From assembly GCF_008831285.2 (NCBI RefSeq), contig NC_045138.2, positions 39,680,001-39,744,000 of the forward strand: a DNA stretch of 64,000 nt, in the 5' to 3' direction. Source of the DNA: Nymphaea colorata. Lineage: Eukaryota. Shown here piece after piece: positions 39,501-51,950 of this stretch; within the stretch, counting starts at the first letter, position 1; each line of letters begins with the position of its first letter. The notes under the pieces were generated by a model that did no database searches, had not been told where the DNA came from, and saw only the letters and a program-made list of their open reading frames with translations. Made by a program: the position numbers and the translations under genes.

Positions 39501-40630
39501 ACCACAACCATACAAAGCAATTCGCGCCCAAGAGCTTTCATACACCTGAATAACACATCCATCACAATTCAATACATCATTCCAAATCAATCAGATTGAA
39601 AGAAATCAGGCATGAAAAACAACAATGAAACCAAACACCAATCAACCCAAGAAACAAGCATAGAAGGAACAACAGAATACCAACAAAGTCAAAACCACAT
39701 GCATCAGAACATGCAAATCCCTGGGAAACAATCAAAATTTCATGGTTCACAAGCCCCACCCAGCTGCAACCATCCCCTCTCAAGAATCAAAATTGAGTTG
39801 TTGAGCTCACCAACGTGATTTCAAGCTTCACAAGATAGTCAGAAGCAACCAGATATTACACATATATGACATAAAGTGGTTAATAAACTCTACAAAACAC
39901 ATGCTGAGGAAACCATCAGAGCAGGTAGGTGTCAGTGGGACCATAAGGGTGACACTTAGGCCAACTATTACATATTCAGATGGATTCATAATAAAAGGGA
40001 GAAATTCCTGATTGTACACCCCCTTTAAAGGAGTTAGTCAGCAGAAGATGGTGCAGAAATTTACAATTTATAGCCTCTCGCAAAGAAACTATTCCCTCCA
40101 AAGTTTTGCAGAACCTCAAAAGCATTTCCATAGACAACAATTTTACCAGCGAACCAGTACAAGAATGATGGCTGACAGCTTATTGAAATCATCCTGTAGT
40201 CTGAATGACCTAATATGAAGAGTAGGGGAGAGACACTAATACACTACTACATGCACACAACATTTCATAAATAGAGAAAAATATTTCAGAAATTCCTGTT
40301 TTTATGGCCCCTTTAAAGAAAACATCCACACAAACTTTTACACAGTCCCAAAAAACCTACCTAAAGCAAATAGGGATAGGATTGATGGTCGACAAACTCA
40401 TTGTGATCAACATGACCTAATGCGGTGATAAGAGAAACAAGTCAAATCCAGCCCTTTTCACATCCACATTCGGTAAAATATTGGAGATAACAAAATATTG
40501 CTCTTAATGATTCTTATTTTTACAAACTGCAGAATTACCACCACATCATGACACCAAACCTAGGAAACACTTTGAAATCAAAATCACAAGTTATCTAATA
40601 AGGACCAAAATTTACGATCATACAACTGGC

Positions 40631-40994
40631 CTATGTCACATGGGTGTGGGTACGGGTATGGGTTCGGATATAACGGTACAGGTTCGGACACGGCAATTTT
40701 GAAAGTTGTAGGTACATGGATACAGCAAATTTTATATTCTCAAAATGATAAAAATGAAAAAAAAAAGCATTAATAGTTCACACTTTGTGTTATAATCCAC
40801 AAAAATTCTCAAAATTAAAGAAAAATGGGAGGAAAATACAGAATCTTAGTGGAAGGGAAATATAAAAGAAGGGAAAAATCAAAATTAAAGAAAAAATTAA
40901 GTTAGAAAATATAATTTTAAATGTTTTAAAATGCAGTCGTACCTAGCCGTACCCACATACCAACACGCAAATTGCACGTACTCATGTCACATAG
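40631..40994. mobile_element. Non-autonomous hAT-type element with perfect 8-bp TSD
   Basis: TSD CAACTGGC at 40623-40630 and 40995-41002. TIRs CTATGTCACATGGGT / ACTCATGTCACATAG match 13/15. Subterminal GGGTACGG/CCGTACCC motifs are present. Confidence 0.88.
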
Positions 40995-43023
40995 CAACTG
41001 GCCCTACCAATTTGTCCACACACACCTCTCACACCATCAAAAGAGAATTTCAAATGACAAAGTAAAGGCATAACTAAAGTTACTAAACCATGATTATCCA
41101 AGACAACTTCCAGGTTCTATCATCTATAAGGAGAGTACTTCAAGCATGAGGATGGCGATGCCAACAACTAAATCAGATAAGCCACCAAATGAACCAAAAC
41201 AAAGACGATCACAAACATGCCATATAAGTCATGCAGCACTAAGTATACAAAGACACACATCATCACAAGCACAAAATCCAGCAAAAGAACAAGCTCCAAA
41301 ACATGCAGATATCAAGGATAGGCATTCACACTGTCAGATCCAGTCATGTAAAATGCATGATATAACCTGCAGCAGTAGGTCCAAAGATAGATAACTAACA
41401 TAAAACTGCAAATTTAATTTTTAGTACAACAAAACATAAAAATACAAAATAATAATAAAAGCAAGGAAAAATAGGAAAAAGATTTGGTAACCTAAAAAGG
41501 CAGAATTGCATAAACATAAGAAAGCTATCAGCATATGCTCCCAACATGTGCACATTTATAAGAAAAAATTAAAATTAACCACTTAAACCACTCCTGATAT
41601 TTAAATAGAATTAACGAAACCAAATATTCATTATCAATGATATACTCCTTGGAGTTATCAAAGGAGATCAGAAAATTTGAACCTTTTTATTTATAATGAC
41701 AAAGAAAAGCTGTTACAAGAGAAACTGAAAGAGCTATAATTTATTACATGAAATCAACCATGGCAAAAAAAATTGTTTTTCTTAATTTAGATATGTACAA
41801 GTCTGTAAGAGTGCCTTTCATATCAAAGTTAATATTCAGCTTTAATAAATTTATACAAATTTCAGCCCCCCCCAAAAAAAAAAGTAATACTCTTTTATGT
41901 TTTCAAGTTGTGAAGTTGCACCCTGGTAAGTATCAGTTAAACACGATATGGTGTAGTTAAAATCCTGAAACTATTTTCAGGTGTGTATGGTATTGTTTTC
42001 CTTTACGGTGTGTCCAATGGGGCAGGGAAACAGTGTAGAGAGGGGGCAAGAGTAACCCCGCCAGCGCAAATCAAGCAGCCGAAAAAGTTCTACCAAAAAT
42101 CGGGCAATTTCACGGTATAGTCGGACCCTGGGGGTTCCATCTATCTACCCCAATAAATGTTTCTTGCCCATGACGAAGAGGAAGGCATATGAAAATAAAT
42201 TGTTGAGTTAAAAATTATTTGACATGAAGGTATACATTTGGTTTATATTCTTGATTGTGTGACATGTAGGTGAAATTTCTCTTCTTCCACCCTTTACTAA
42301 GGGCACTTTCCCCTAGTGAAGTTTCCCCTCCAAATCAGGGTGTGCAATCAAACGCTAGCTTATAGTTATGCTATGTAACTTAAAGTATCTTACGACATGC
42401 AATGTTACATATAGTGAATGGTATTTATGCTTTGAGTGTCATACAAAATTACATCCTTTTCGAGAGTCTGAAACAAGCCACAAACTATAATATGTTGCAA
42501 TAGACTACGGACCTATATCACACAACTAACATTACAACATGGGCAATACGCCAACACTTCCATAACAAACACAACACCAGGAATGGTGACAACTGAAGCA
42601 TTGTAACAAAAACTAAGAGAATATTATCCAAGCAATAACTAGGTCAAAAAAGCAGACACTAAGAATTATCAAGAACATGTAAAAAATATAAATCATAGAG
42701 TATGCACCCATTACACTAGCCAGTGACACAGCAAATTGCAGTACATAACTAGTTTCTGATCAATCACTCCACTCAAACAATCAGTTTGGAAACAACCGGA
42801 TAATAGCAATAAACATGAGTGATGTCAGTCATGTGACAATCTTCTAAATGCATACAACAGACCATACTACCAACCCCACATAAACAACCTTACCACCTAG
42901 AATGCATAAATTATAGTATGTTCACTTTATGCCAACTTAATAATATGCAGAAATAATAAACAAGTTCAAAAAACATGAACGTAAGAATCAAACTTCCAGC
43001 ATATATATCTCAGTTAGAAATTT

Positions 43024-43088
43024 GAAATTTTGAACTGATTTTCACGGATCAGGTTCGAAATTTTGAACTGAATATTATGGATCAGGTT
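43024..43088. repeat. Two-copy ~33 bp tandem duplication
   Basis: GAAATTTTGAACTGATTTTCACGGATCAGGTT repeated as GAAATTTTGAACTGAATATTATGGATCAGGTT. Confidence 0.8.
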
Positions 43089-45130
43089 AATTTTGTACCA
43101 ACTCACCAACAAAGAGAAACAGTGAATCTCTTGCAAAGACAAAGTGACAAACTAAAACCAAAATGGTGCTCCTGGCTACTGCTAAGACCTAAAGAAAATA
43201 ATGCAATTGCACATCCAAGGCAAGATTGCTTGATGGGGTTTCAATTATAGTTTTTCACATGAAAAGCTACATTAAATGGGTGGCATCAAGAAGAAGCCAG
43301 ATAAGCTCCACCAAGTCCAATTTTCAATTCCTTGGTTCCCAAATCAGATCATTGGAAAGCACCCTAAGCTATGAGGAGAAAATATTCAAGGCTTCCAGCA
43401 TAATACCAAAACGGAAACCTTATGTAGCAGGTCAGTAACTACTATAGCTGGAAGCACTTTCAAGGTAAAGCTTACACATGAGCAATTATTACACCAACTT
43501 GCATAATCTGACAAGTCCACCAAAAAAATGTCTGATAAATGTTATTTGCCACATCCAATGACCAACAAGAATGGATGACATAAAAGAAGCAACACTTAAT
43601 TGAAATGTTGAAGAAAAAAGAGGCACTATACCATCTATACCCTCTGCAAATTGATAATGAAGTCTAATGAACCCCAGTCAAACAATTTTGCAGAGAATAA
43701 ATATAAAGGATAACTATCTCTATCACACAAAAATGCAGATGTGCAAGCACACGTTACCCACAAAAAGAGCACAGGAAAAAATCACTGAAGACACAAAATT
43801 TCACAACCCGCAGTGGATAATACATGTGCAACATGTTATATCCCAAAAAATTGGACTGATGACTATCATACTCAGGAACAACATCAACCACAACGAAGCT
43901 CTCTGCAAGGCTAATAATGCAAAAGACTTCATGAATTACAACAAACTCAAGAAAGCTACAAATACCACAACCAAACAATGGGATCATATGATCTAAGTAA
44001 GGTTGTGAGCAAGAAGAAGAATGGTAATGCTACTTGAGGCATACACAATGAAGCATCCACGGGTTGAACATTGTTAGGATAAGGCATACTCTCAACGGTC
44101 ATAGGAAGCTCAAAGCAACATCCAAATTAACACAAAATGATAAAAAGGGTTCTATTCATGACATTTACATAATCAACCTCTTTATAAGCACCAGTATCAC
44201 AAACAGCAAGCTCAACCTTTAAAAGATGAAGACAAAGTTGGCCACATCACAAAGATCTGGGAATGTCAACAAAACAAGAATAATAACTATAGATGACCCT
44301 GATGAGAAAACTGAATCGTAAGGTATGAGTAACAACACGATATAGGAGTCGATATTAGAAACGCAAAAGTGCAACATAGCAGTACACATAAGAAGATAGG
44401 CAAATAGACGAAGTACTATGAATAAACCATCACCAGGGTCCCTCACCCTCGATGTTGAGTAAGCATGAGAACAACCATACGACTCCAATACTCATACTTT
44501 TCTCCCTTATTGCAGCATTTAAGATCGAACAAACACTGTCGAGTAGTTCAAGAGTGAAATGAAATAATGCTGATACTTTGCATGTTCGAACCAATATATC
44601 CTCCATAACCAGCCTAAATCAACACTAATACTCATGGAAATTTTCATTCACGTCCAAGCACGCACATGTAAGGATTCACACTGTGCACTAGTTGCACAGA
44701 CGAAGATTAAAAACTGCACATATGATGTTCCAGTGACCCAGCAAAAAAAAAAGACACATGAATATGTCCACGCAAGTAAGCATCATATAGAAATATATAG
44801 TCTTCAAGTTTTTTTTTAAGCTAATCTACTCAAAGCTTCATGCCAAAGAATGTCACATAAGAACCAAATTATAATTCAACCCCTCGTTACGTATAAGAAA
44901 CACAGGTAGTGTACACCAATATTAGATAGAAATTTATCTCCTTCTGCTGCTTGATGGTTAACTACCCAGTTGCCCGAGGAGTTCATGCGCAAAGTTAGTC
45001 ACTATACAAGTTAAACAGAAAAAAAAATTGACGACTAAAACAACAGTATGCAAATGGATCCATGGCCATGTAGGGTGAGAAAAAAATACCTAAAGTAAAG
45101 GCAGTAAAGGCTGGCAGAGGAAGCACTCAC

Positions 45131-46402
45131 CTAATAATACGGTGGCATGCTGCTCTGGTACATGCCACCAGAAGGAACTCGGGGAACTGGTGACGTCCCA
45201 GATGGCTGGTGATGTTGGCTAGGATATGATGAAGCAGAAGACAATCCATAGGGGCCAGACTCTGGATAAACACCAGCTGCTGGACCGCCACCAGCACCGC
45301 CAACGGAGGTTGGCGGCATTCTGTACAAGGATGATGCACCTCCAATTCCACCATAACCTCCCGCTCCGGGCCCGCCGTATTGCGACGCTCCATACTGTGA
45401 TCCGCCGTATCCACCAGCACCCAGAGCGCTACCGTAACTGCTTCCGAGAGAAGATGGAACCTGTCCCGAAACCCCCGACAAACTCGGGTTTACAGAAGAC
45501 GGCAAGGATGAATTAAGTGTATGGTGCCCGGCGGCAATCGCACTGGGAGGTGGGTGGCTGGGGTGACCACTCAGTCCACCATAACCCGCCACACCACCAT
45601 ACTGCATCCCTCCAGGATTACCAGGTACAGGGTTCACGCCCATACCAACGGGAGGCACCTCAGGCATTCCCTCCGGCACTCCCCCAGGGCCAGGCTTCCC
45701 CTTCTTACCCTCCACAGCGAGCTTACAGAGTAGCTGGTGACCGTCAATCACCTTTGTGGGCTCGACCAACGACGCCTTGGCCGCGTCAGCCGTCTTGTAT
45801 ACGAAGAGCGCGTAACCCCTCGACTTGCCCGTCTGTTTGTCGTAGCCCAGCGGCCCCTCCTCGATCTCCCCGTACTGGAGGAAGTGCGCGAGCAGGCGGT
45901 CCGCGGGCATGTCGTTCGGGACGTTGCCGATGAAGATCTTGCGGGTGGAGACATCCGCTGCCGCGGCCGACGGCTGGTTGCCGGCGGCCGCAAGTTGGGT
46001 GACGGTCATGCGGCCGTCGATCTTCTTGCTGGGCTCCTTGAGGGCGTTGATGGCGCCGTCGATGTGCTTGAAAGTTATGAAACCGTAGCCCTTAGACTTG
46101 CCGGTGGCCTTGTCGAGGATAACGACCGCCTCCTCGAGCTGTCCGTAAGCGGAGAAGATCGTGCGGAGCCCGTCTGTGGTGGTGTCCCAACCGAGTCCGC
46201 GGATGAAAAGCTTCCTTTGGGTAGTGTCGCGGTCGGCGATGGCGCGAACGGCATCGAGGACGTCAGGGTGCTTGACGGTGGCCTCCTGCAGGATCTCAAG
46301 GAGCTGGTCCTGGGTGAAGGGCTCCAGTATCTTTCGGGCGTCCTCCACCGATAGATCTACCGTCCCGTTCTCCTCCGCCTTCCTCTTCTTTGTCGCCTCC
46401 AT
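45131..46402 (-). CDS. UBA2: UBP1-associated protein 2 (UBA2C-like) hnRNP-type RNA-binding protein with two RRMs and a Gly/Pro/Tyr-rich tail
   Basis: Single coding exon of 423 aa from ATG 46402 (MEATKKRK). RRM1: [12 protein letters not shown]...[13 protein letters not shown]2: RKIFIGNVP...[10 protein letters not shown]. The C-terminus is low-complexity and ends PPYY. A GTGAGT donor follows the TAG immediately. Confidence 0.95.
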   Translation of the reverse strand: MEATKKRKAEENGTVDLSVEDARKILEPFTQDQLLEILQEATVKHPDVLDAVRAIADRDTTQRKLFIRGLGWDTTTDGLRTIFSAYGQLEEAVVILDKATGKSKGYGFITFKHIDGAINALKEPSKKIDGRMTVTQLAAAGNQPSAAAADVSTRKIFIGNVPNDMPADRLLAHFLQYGEIEEGPLGYDKQTGKSRGYALFVYKTADAAKASLVEPTKVIDGHQLLCKLAVEGKKGKPGPGGVPEGMPEVPPVGMGVNPVPGNPGGMQYGGVAGYGGLSGHPSHPPPSAIAAGHHTLNSSLPSSVNPSLSGVSGQVPSSLGSSYGSALGAGGYGGSQYGASQYGGPGAGGYGGIGGASSLYRMPPTSVGGAGGGPAAGVYPESGPYGLSSASSYPSQHHQPSGTSPVPRVPSGGMYQSSMPPYY

Positions 46403-46512
46403 CCTCTCCTTCAGATAGCCGCCTCTCTCTCTCTCTCCCTGATTCTTCTCTCCCAATCTGTCCCTAGACGGATAGAGAAATGGAAATGGTTTATAGGGTT
46501 CTTGTTCTTTCC

Positions 46513-46520
46513 TAGGGTTT
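46513..46520 (-). promoter_or_regulatory. Telo-box (AAACCCTA) in the UBA2 leader
   Basis: TAGGGTTT on the plus strand ~110 bp upstream of the ATG, with a second partial copy near 46494. The motif is common near plant translation and RNA-processing genes. Confidence 0.5.
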
Positions 46521-47199
46521 TCGGGGAAGGGAAACAGCCTAGCGCAGGGGGTTTTATGTTTCTCCCGACTCTTGGTGCCCTCGACCCCAAAGAAAAGAAA
46601 CCCCAAGATTTTTCCTGAAACAATTCATACCTGCTCCTTTAACCTTTACATAATTACATTTCACCCTAACTGTTACATGCAATTCACATTTCACCCCAAC
46701 TGCTACCGGGCTTCCGTGAATCGGCCAGGTTCTATATTGGTGAAGTACATTAAAATTTTATTTTTGAAATAATAAATGGAAAAAATATAAAATGAAAACA
46801 TTAAAAAATTAGGAAACACTTAGTGATGACATTTGACAGGTAAATTAATTTGTTTTGTTACCGATTCAATTTGAATTGGTTGATTTAGGCCCATTTTAAA
46901 TGACTTTTTGTGCAAACCGATCTAATTTTATTAGACGCTTAATCATAACAAGCTCAACAAGGTTGAAGGTGGATGAAAATCATAAAATAAGACTTGTGTT
47001 TTTGTTTGGTTTCTTGTGAACTCTGCACAAGCATGAAGGCTCATGGCTCAGCCGATTATAACTATGGGCGTAGGAACTGAGTCACAAAATTTTGGTTGAG
47101 GGCACTAGTCCTATAATTTTAAATTTTTAAGCGCACTAGTCGCCAATTTAAGATAACAAACTGGATATTGGATTTAGAGCCAGGTTTGGATTCATGTCT

Positions 47200-48270
47200 A
47201 ACTAGATACCAGCATGCCTTCCAAACAAATCTCAATTGAAAAGTATCTGATGTTTGATGACATTGGCCCAAATGTATTTGAAAACTATGCAGAAGCATAT
47301 ATGAAGAGTACCTATTCACTCCAAGGTACTTAAAGGCTAATTGACTCAATGATACATATTTCCTTAAAAATCACCTCTAAGATTAAGATTAGATTGCATA
47401 AAAAATACTTTGATAAATTTAATTTAAAGGGGGTGGATCTCCGAGCCAAGATTTTTCATCCATGCGACACTTGCGTTGGTGACACAAATTTGGTGTGGGC
47501 ACTGCATATAATTTTAAAGTCATAGCAATGTAATGTTAACATAGTATAATGGGATTTTTGATGGGCTGGCGTGGGCAGTGGCCCACCACAACCAACAAGT
47601 AGCTTCGCTATTGGTGGATCCCATTGAAAATATGTGGTCGTCTTACCGCCTGGTACCATTGCAACTTTAGACATTGGGCTAAGAGAAAGGATGGGTGCTT
47701 CGAACTCTCACCTAGATGGTGGGTTGACCCCGAAAATCCGGGAAGCATCCCGCTGTCAAAGCGAATGCAGAAGCCTCCCACTTCTCTTTTTCTACATGAC
47801 TTACGTTCAAATAAAACTGATACTTCTGGATTATTGTGTTTTTTCTATTAGAACTTGAATCCAAAATGAATTGCAACCAAACAAGAAAGTAGCAATGTTT
47901 CATCTGAAACTGATTCATTCACATCTCCAAATGGAATCACTTAGTAAAAAACACCGAAAAGGCCTTCCATATGAACAATGTGAAGATGTGTTGTTGCCTT
48001 TCCATAGTTTTCATTGAATGATAAGTGGAAACCCCAATAAAAGAAATTCCTACATCCCGAGGCCAACAATTTCAAGTTTTCAACCAATTTGAGTTCATCA
48101 TTCATTGACCTCACGGGGCGGATCATGAATCCATGGAGCAACTTCATTGTCATTCGTCTTGTTGAAATGAATGTTTCTTTCTTTATATTGAAGTTCATTT
48201 GGATCTAAGGATATAAGTTCTATCCAACCTTCAATGGATTCGATTTAATGAACCTCAAGCATTTGGGGCC
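47200..48270 (-). mobile_element. Highly decayed LINE (ORF2) fragments
   Basis: Minus-strand peptides QLAFKYLGV (cf. LPFKYLGVP) and RMTMKLL...SM...LASGCRNFFYWG (cf. RLTL...CRNFFWG) resemble the post-RT region of plant L1 ORF2. Many stops and frameshifts; the order is not collinear. Confidence 0.35.
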
Positions 48271-49682
48271 CTAAATTTTTTAAGGCAGAGTTGTGACTTG
48301 ACCAGTATATACGATCCAATATCTAAAGGCATGGACTCATGGCCAATCCAACATTGTCCACAATCTTTTAGACGTGACATTTATTTTTCTCGTTGTTGGT
48401 CATATGCACATATCTATATACAAATATTGGAAAATCTATGAAATGCTTAAGCCGAAAACGTAATGAAATTCTATATACAAATATTTGTAGTTTGGTGGCT
48501 TCTTACATGGTTGGACGAAACTAAAGATGGTCAGAGGAGTTCATATCCTCCTCTTTGCGGTACCAAAATATCCCAAATAAATGTGAAAAAAAAAAGAAGA
48601 TAAGTCATATTGTAAAGCAATCCCCAAGGGGGCGTTTGACGGGCCGGAAATCCAAGGGAAATAAATTTCAAATTTTCAAAAGTTTCCTCATTTCATCAAA
48701 CGCGGAATTTCCAAACTGATCGTAAATACGTTTCTATAAAGTGTTCAATGCACCTAAAATCTTTAAATTAAAAAAAGTAAAGTGTTCAACACCTAGGACG
48801 GTTCTTTCTTGGTCGAATTTAGTAGAAGAAGCCTAACCTCAGGCAAATGACAAGTACCCATCACCGGATTATTTTTCTATCCTAATTTTAATTGTTCTGA
48901 TGCGATTGACAGGGAAACCGGGAGCCGAAATCTGAGAGCACATGGATGAACTCTCAAAATTTTGCGCAAATTCATAGACGAAAATAAGTAAATATGTGAA
49001 TGATTGATATAATAATCCGATATCTAATTCTAAGCTGAATTTGAATATTTAGAATGTCACTTTTCATAAGTAATAGCAAGGTCTTGGGTTTCTGATAGAG
49101 ATCTGATTTTTTGTAATTTTTTAGTTGGATGTTTGCATGTGAAAGTTTGAATGTGCTTCTATATTTTATATTGAAAACAAATTTGACTCCGAGTCAAATT
49201 GAATAATTTCTGAATTGGGTATATAATATACTCTAAGTTCAAATCTATAAACCGGAACCCGTCCATTTGGATCAAATTGCGATCAACAATTTGAGTTTGC
49301 CGACTTTGAACTACTTTCATTAAGAACATTTCAATTTCAATCATTTATTATACATTTTTACATTTATTTTTAAAAATTACTTTTTAGTTTTTTATTTGGC
49401 CGACCTCTAAAAAAACAAGAATTGACATGACCTAACCTGACATGATTGACGTGATGGAGTCAATGTGAACTTTGAGCTAAAACTATTGAATCAACAAAAC
49501 AAGACAAGACAAGGGGCGTCAGTTTGAGTGAATGAAAGAGAGTGAACTTTGAGACTTTTGCCAATTTAGCTAAAACCATTGAATAAAAAAGACAAGGGAA
49601 GTGCAGACAAAGCATATGTGGCATGTGCGCCATTGAAGTTCAAGGGTGTTCAGTGAGACCACCCAACAGCCATGTGTTTAGG

Positions 49683-49936
49683 TAAGCTTGGGATTGGGCC
49701 GGCCTAGGCCCAATAAGGCTTAAGCCAGCCTGACGCTTGAAACCCGAGTTTGAGCCCAACCCGATTAAATTAAAAAATATAAATTTTTAATATAAAATAA
49801 TATATAAATATATTAATCGTAATAAAATATTATAATTATATACATTAGTAAAATATATATTAAAAAAGGCCCAAGCGAGTTCAAGTCTGGCCAGGTACCG
49901 GATACCTCCGGTGGCCCGGCCCGATGCCCATACTTA
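49683..49936. mobile_element. hAT-like MITE
   Basis: Inverted ends TAAGCTTGGGATTGGGCCGGCC ... GCCCGGCCCGATGCCCATACTTA surround a very AT-rich centre. The flanks TGTTTAGG / GTTTTAGG are a near 8-bp TSD. Confidence 0.7.
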
Positions 49937-51950
49937 GTTTTAGGGCTGAAAAAAAGGGTGGCTTCACCTAACGCCTACCGCCGACAACCCAAACCAATTT
50001 TCTCAACACTTCATATAAGTCATACTCAATGAAAAGCAACTTAAGTCAACATCTATTATGTATCTTGATTAGCAACTAGAAGCTTGACATTGGTTAAGTT
50101 AAGGGGAGAGTCCCAAGAAATCTTTCACCTACCATCTTTTTGTTGCCCATGTTCTACAACAACCCTAGTTACTCACCCCATCATAGGAGACCTCACTCTT
50201 CTTCTGCTTGTCCTCTGTCCTTTAGCCTTTAGCATGCCATCATAATGCTCCCATTGCACATTGTCAATCTGGATATTGACTTAAAAGATGGACCAACTTG
50301 ATATATGTGTGGTTGTGATTTCTGCATCATTAATTAAATAGAGTCTTTGGATTGTGGGAGGAGTCAAAAAGCAACTGAAGCATCATTGAAAAATGAAGTG
50401 ATATAATGTGAAATGCACAATTAATTATTGTTTGGATCTCAAGGGCATCCTTATATTGATTGCATTTTTTTTTTCCAGCATTTCAAATGATTGCAATTGC
50501 ATATGACAAGTGAGGCAGGTGGGATGACTTTAAAACCTTCAAACAAAGGAGGCATGAGATTTAACAATGAAAGTGTGAGTTCATGAAATATATGAACTAA
50601 ACAAATCTGAATATTATGTGCGATCCGATTATCATGATGGATGGCTTAGAATGTGCCACGTGTAAAACTGCTTAAAGTACTAATCCTTATTTATTTTTTA
50701 AGAAATTAAGATGTTGTAAATTAAATCAAGTTAATTGAATTATTCATACTCAGTGCACCTTCTAAGTCAATAAAGCTCAATGGACCAAAAAAAGCACATT
50801 GGCTCCCCTACCATTGAAAAAAAAAAAAAAAGTACTTGGGGATTGAACCTTTCTTTTATAATAGATGAATCCCAATTTGGGATCATTCTTTTTATGGCTT
50901 ACCAATAAAAAGTTGATCCCAATAAGGGTTTAACTGAAACCTTGTAAGTTAAAATCTTCTGCAATAGTTGAATCTCATTGTCGAATCAATTGTTTTTAGA
51001 GCTTACCATTATATAATTAAGCTAATAAGGGTTCAACCATAGTCAGTATTTTCGTTTTAGAGCATTATCACTGCTAGGACCTTGTTTCTCAAGTTCCCAT
51101 ATATCAGTTTCCTGGCTCCCTAAAAGATCAGCATTTTGGATTTAGATTCTATATTTGCGGCTTTGGCTCTGACTGGTTACTGGATAAGCTTTATCTTCTT
51201 CTCTTTCTGGGTATTGAAAAAATGAAATCTCTAGGTTTCAGAAGCACACAGGCCGCAAAAAGCATGTACATCAAGTGGTCTTCTCTGTAAAGAGTTTCTG
51301 ACCAAAAAAATACGCTACTAGATGTTAGATCCAAAACCCATATACGGAAATAACCTGACTTAGACTGCCCAGTAAATTATTTAAACAAAGATCCAATATT
51401 CGATATAGTTAGGAACTAACTTTCTCATGTGGCAGCACAAGTGCATGCCTGCAACCACCATTTGTTTATACCAGTAGGTACAAGTAAACTGATTCATCTC
51501 CTTTTAAAATCTACAAACAATAAACCTCCATCATGGGAGCCAAAAAAAAAAAAAATCTTTTATTTTAGTTATTTGAAAATTTTTGTTCTTTCCTTTCTGC
51601 CTCATCGACATCAGCATCTGACTATAACACTATACACCAAAATCTCTTGGTCGAAGACAATGAAGAACAAATCCTTCTCTTTTCAGAAGTCAAAGATGTT
51701 GAACCAATTTTGTTTTATTTATCCTGTCTCCATCTTCCGTCCTCAAGATTCAAAAGCCCAATTACATTCAACAGCCAGATTTCCCATATCGCCTTTTACT
51801 GTTTCTTCCTGCTTTGTACAATTTTGTTTCCATTGACTTTCTTTTGACTCATACAGCTTTTCATATGCATACCCAGAAATCAGTATGAGCCGACTGCAAC
51901 TTACACATAAAAAAACATCTACATGGTCAATTCTTGTTCACACGAGGAAT

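Noticed and set aside
36900..45100. Intronic snoRNAs or miRNA hairpins in the UBA2 3' region
   Set aside because: No convincing C/D box pair with terminal stem and no conserved miRNA sequence seen by eye; an Rfam scan would be needed to exclude them.
45517..46418. Long antisense and alternate-frame ORFs over UBA2 (e.g. 205 aa at 45737-46354)
   Set aside because: Shadow ORFs caused by the high GC and codon bias of the real CDS.
46403..46606. 68-codon in-frame extension upstream of the UBA2 ATG in the ORF track
   Set aside because: It starts at TTG and has 5'UTR/promoter composition (GA repeats, telo-box). The family N-terminus begins at MEATKKRK.
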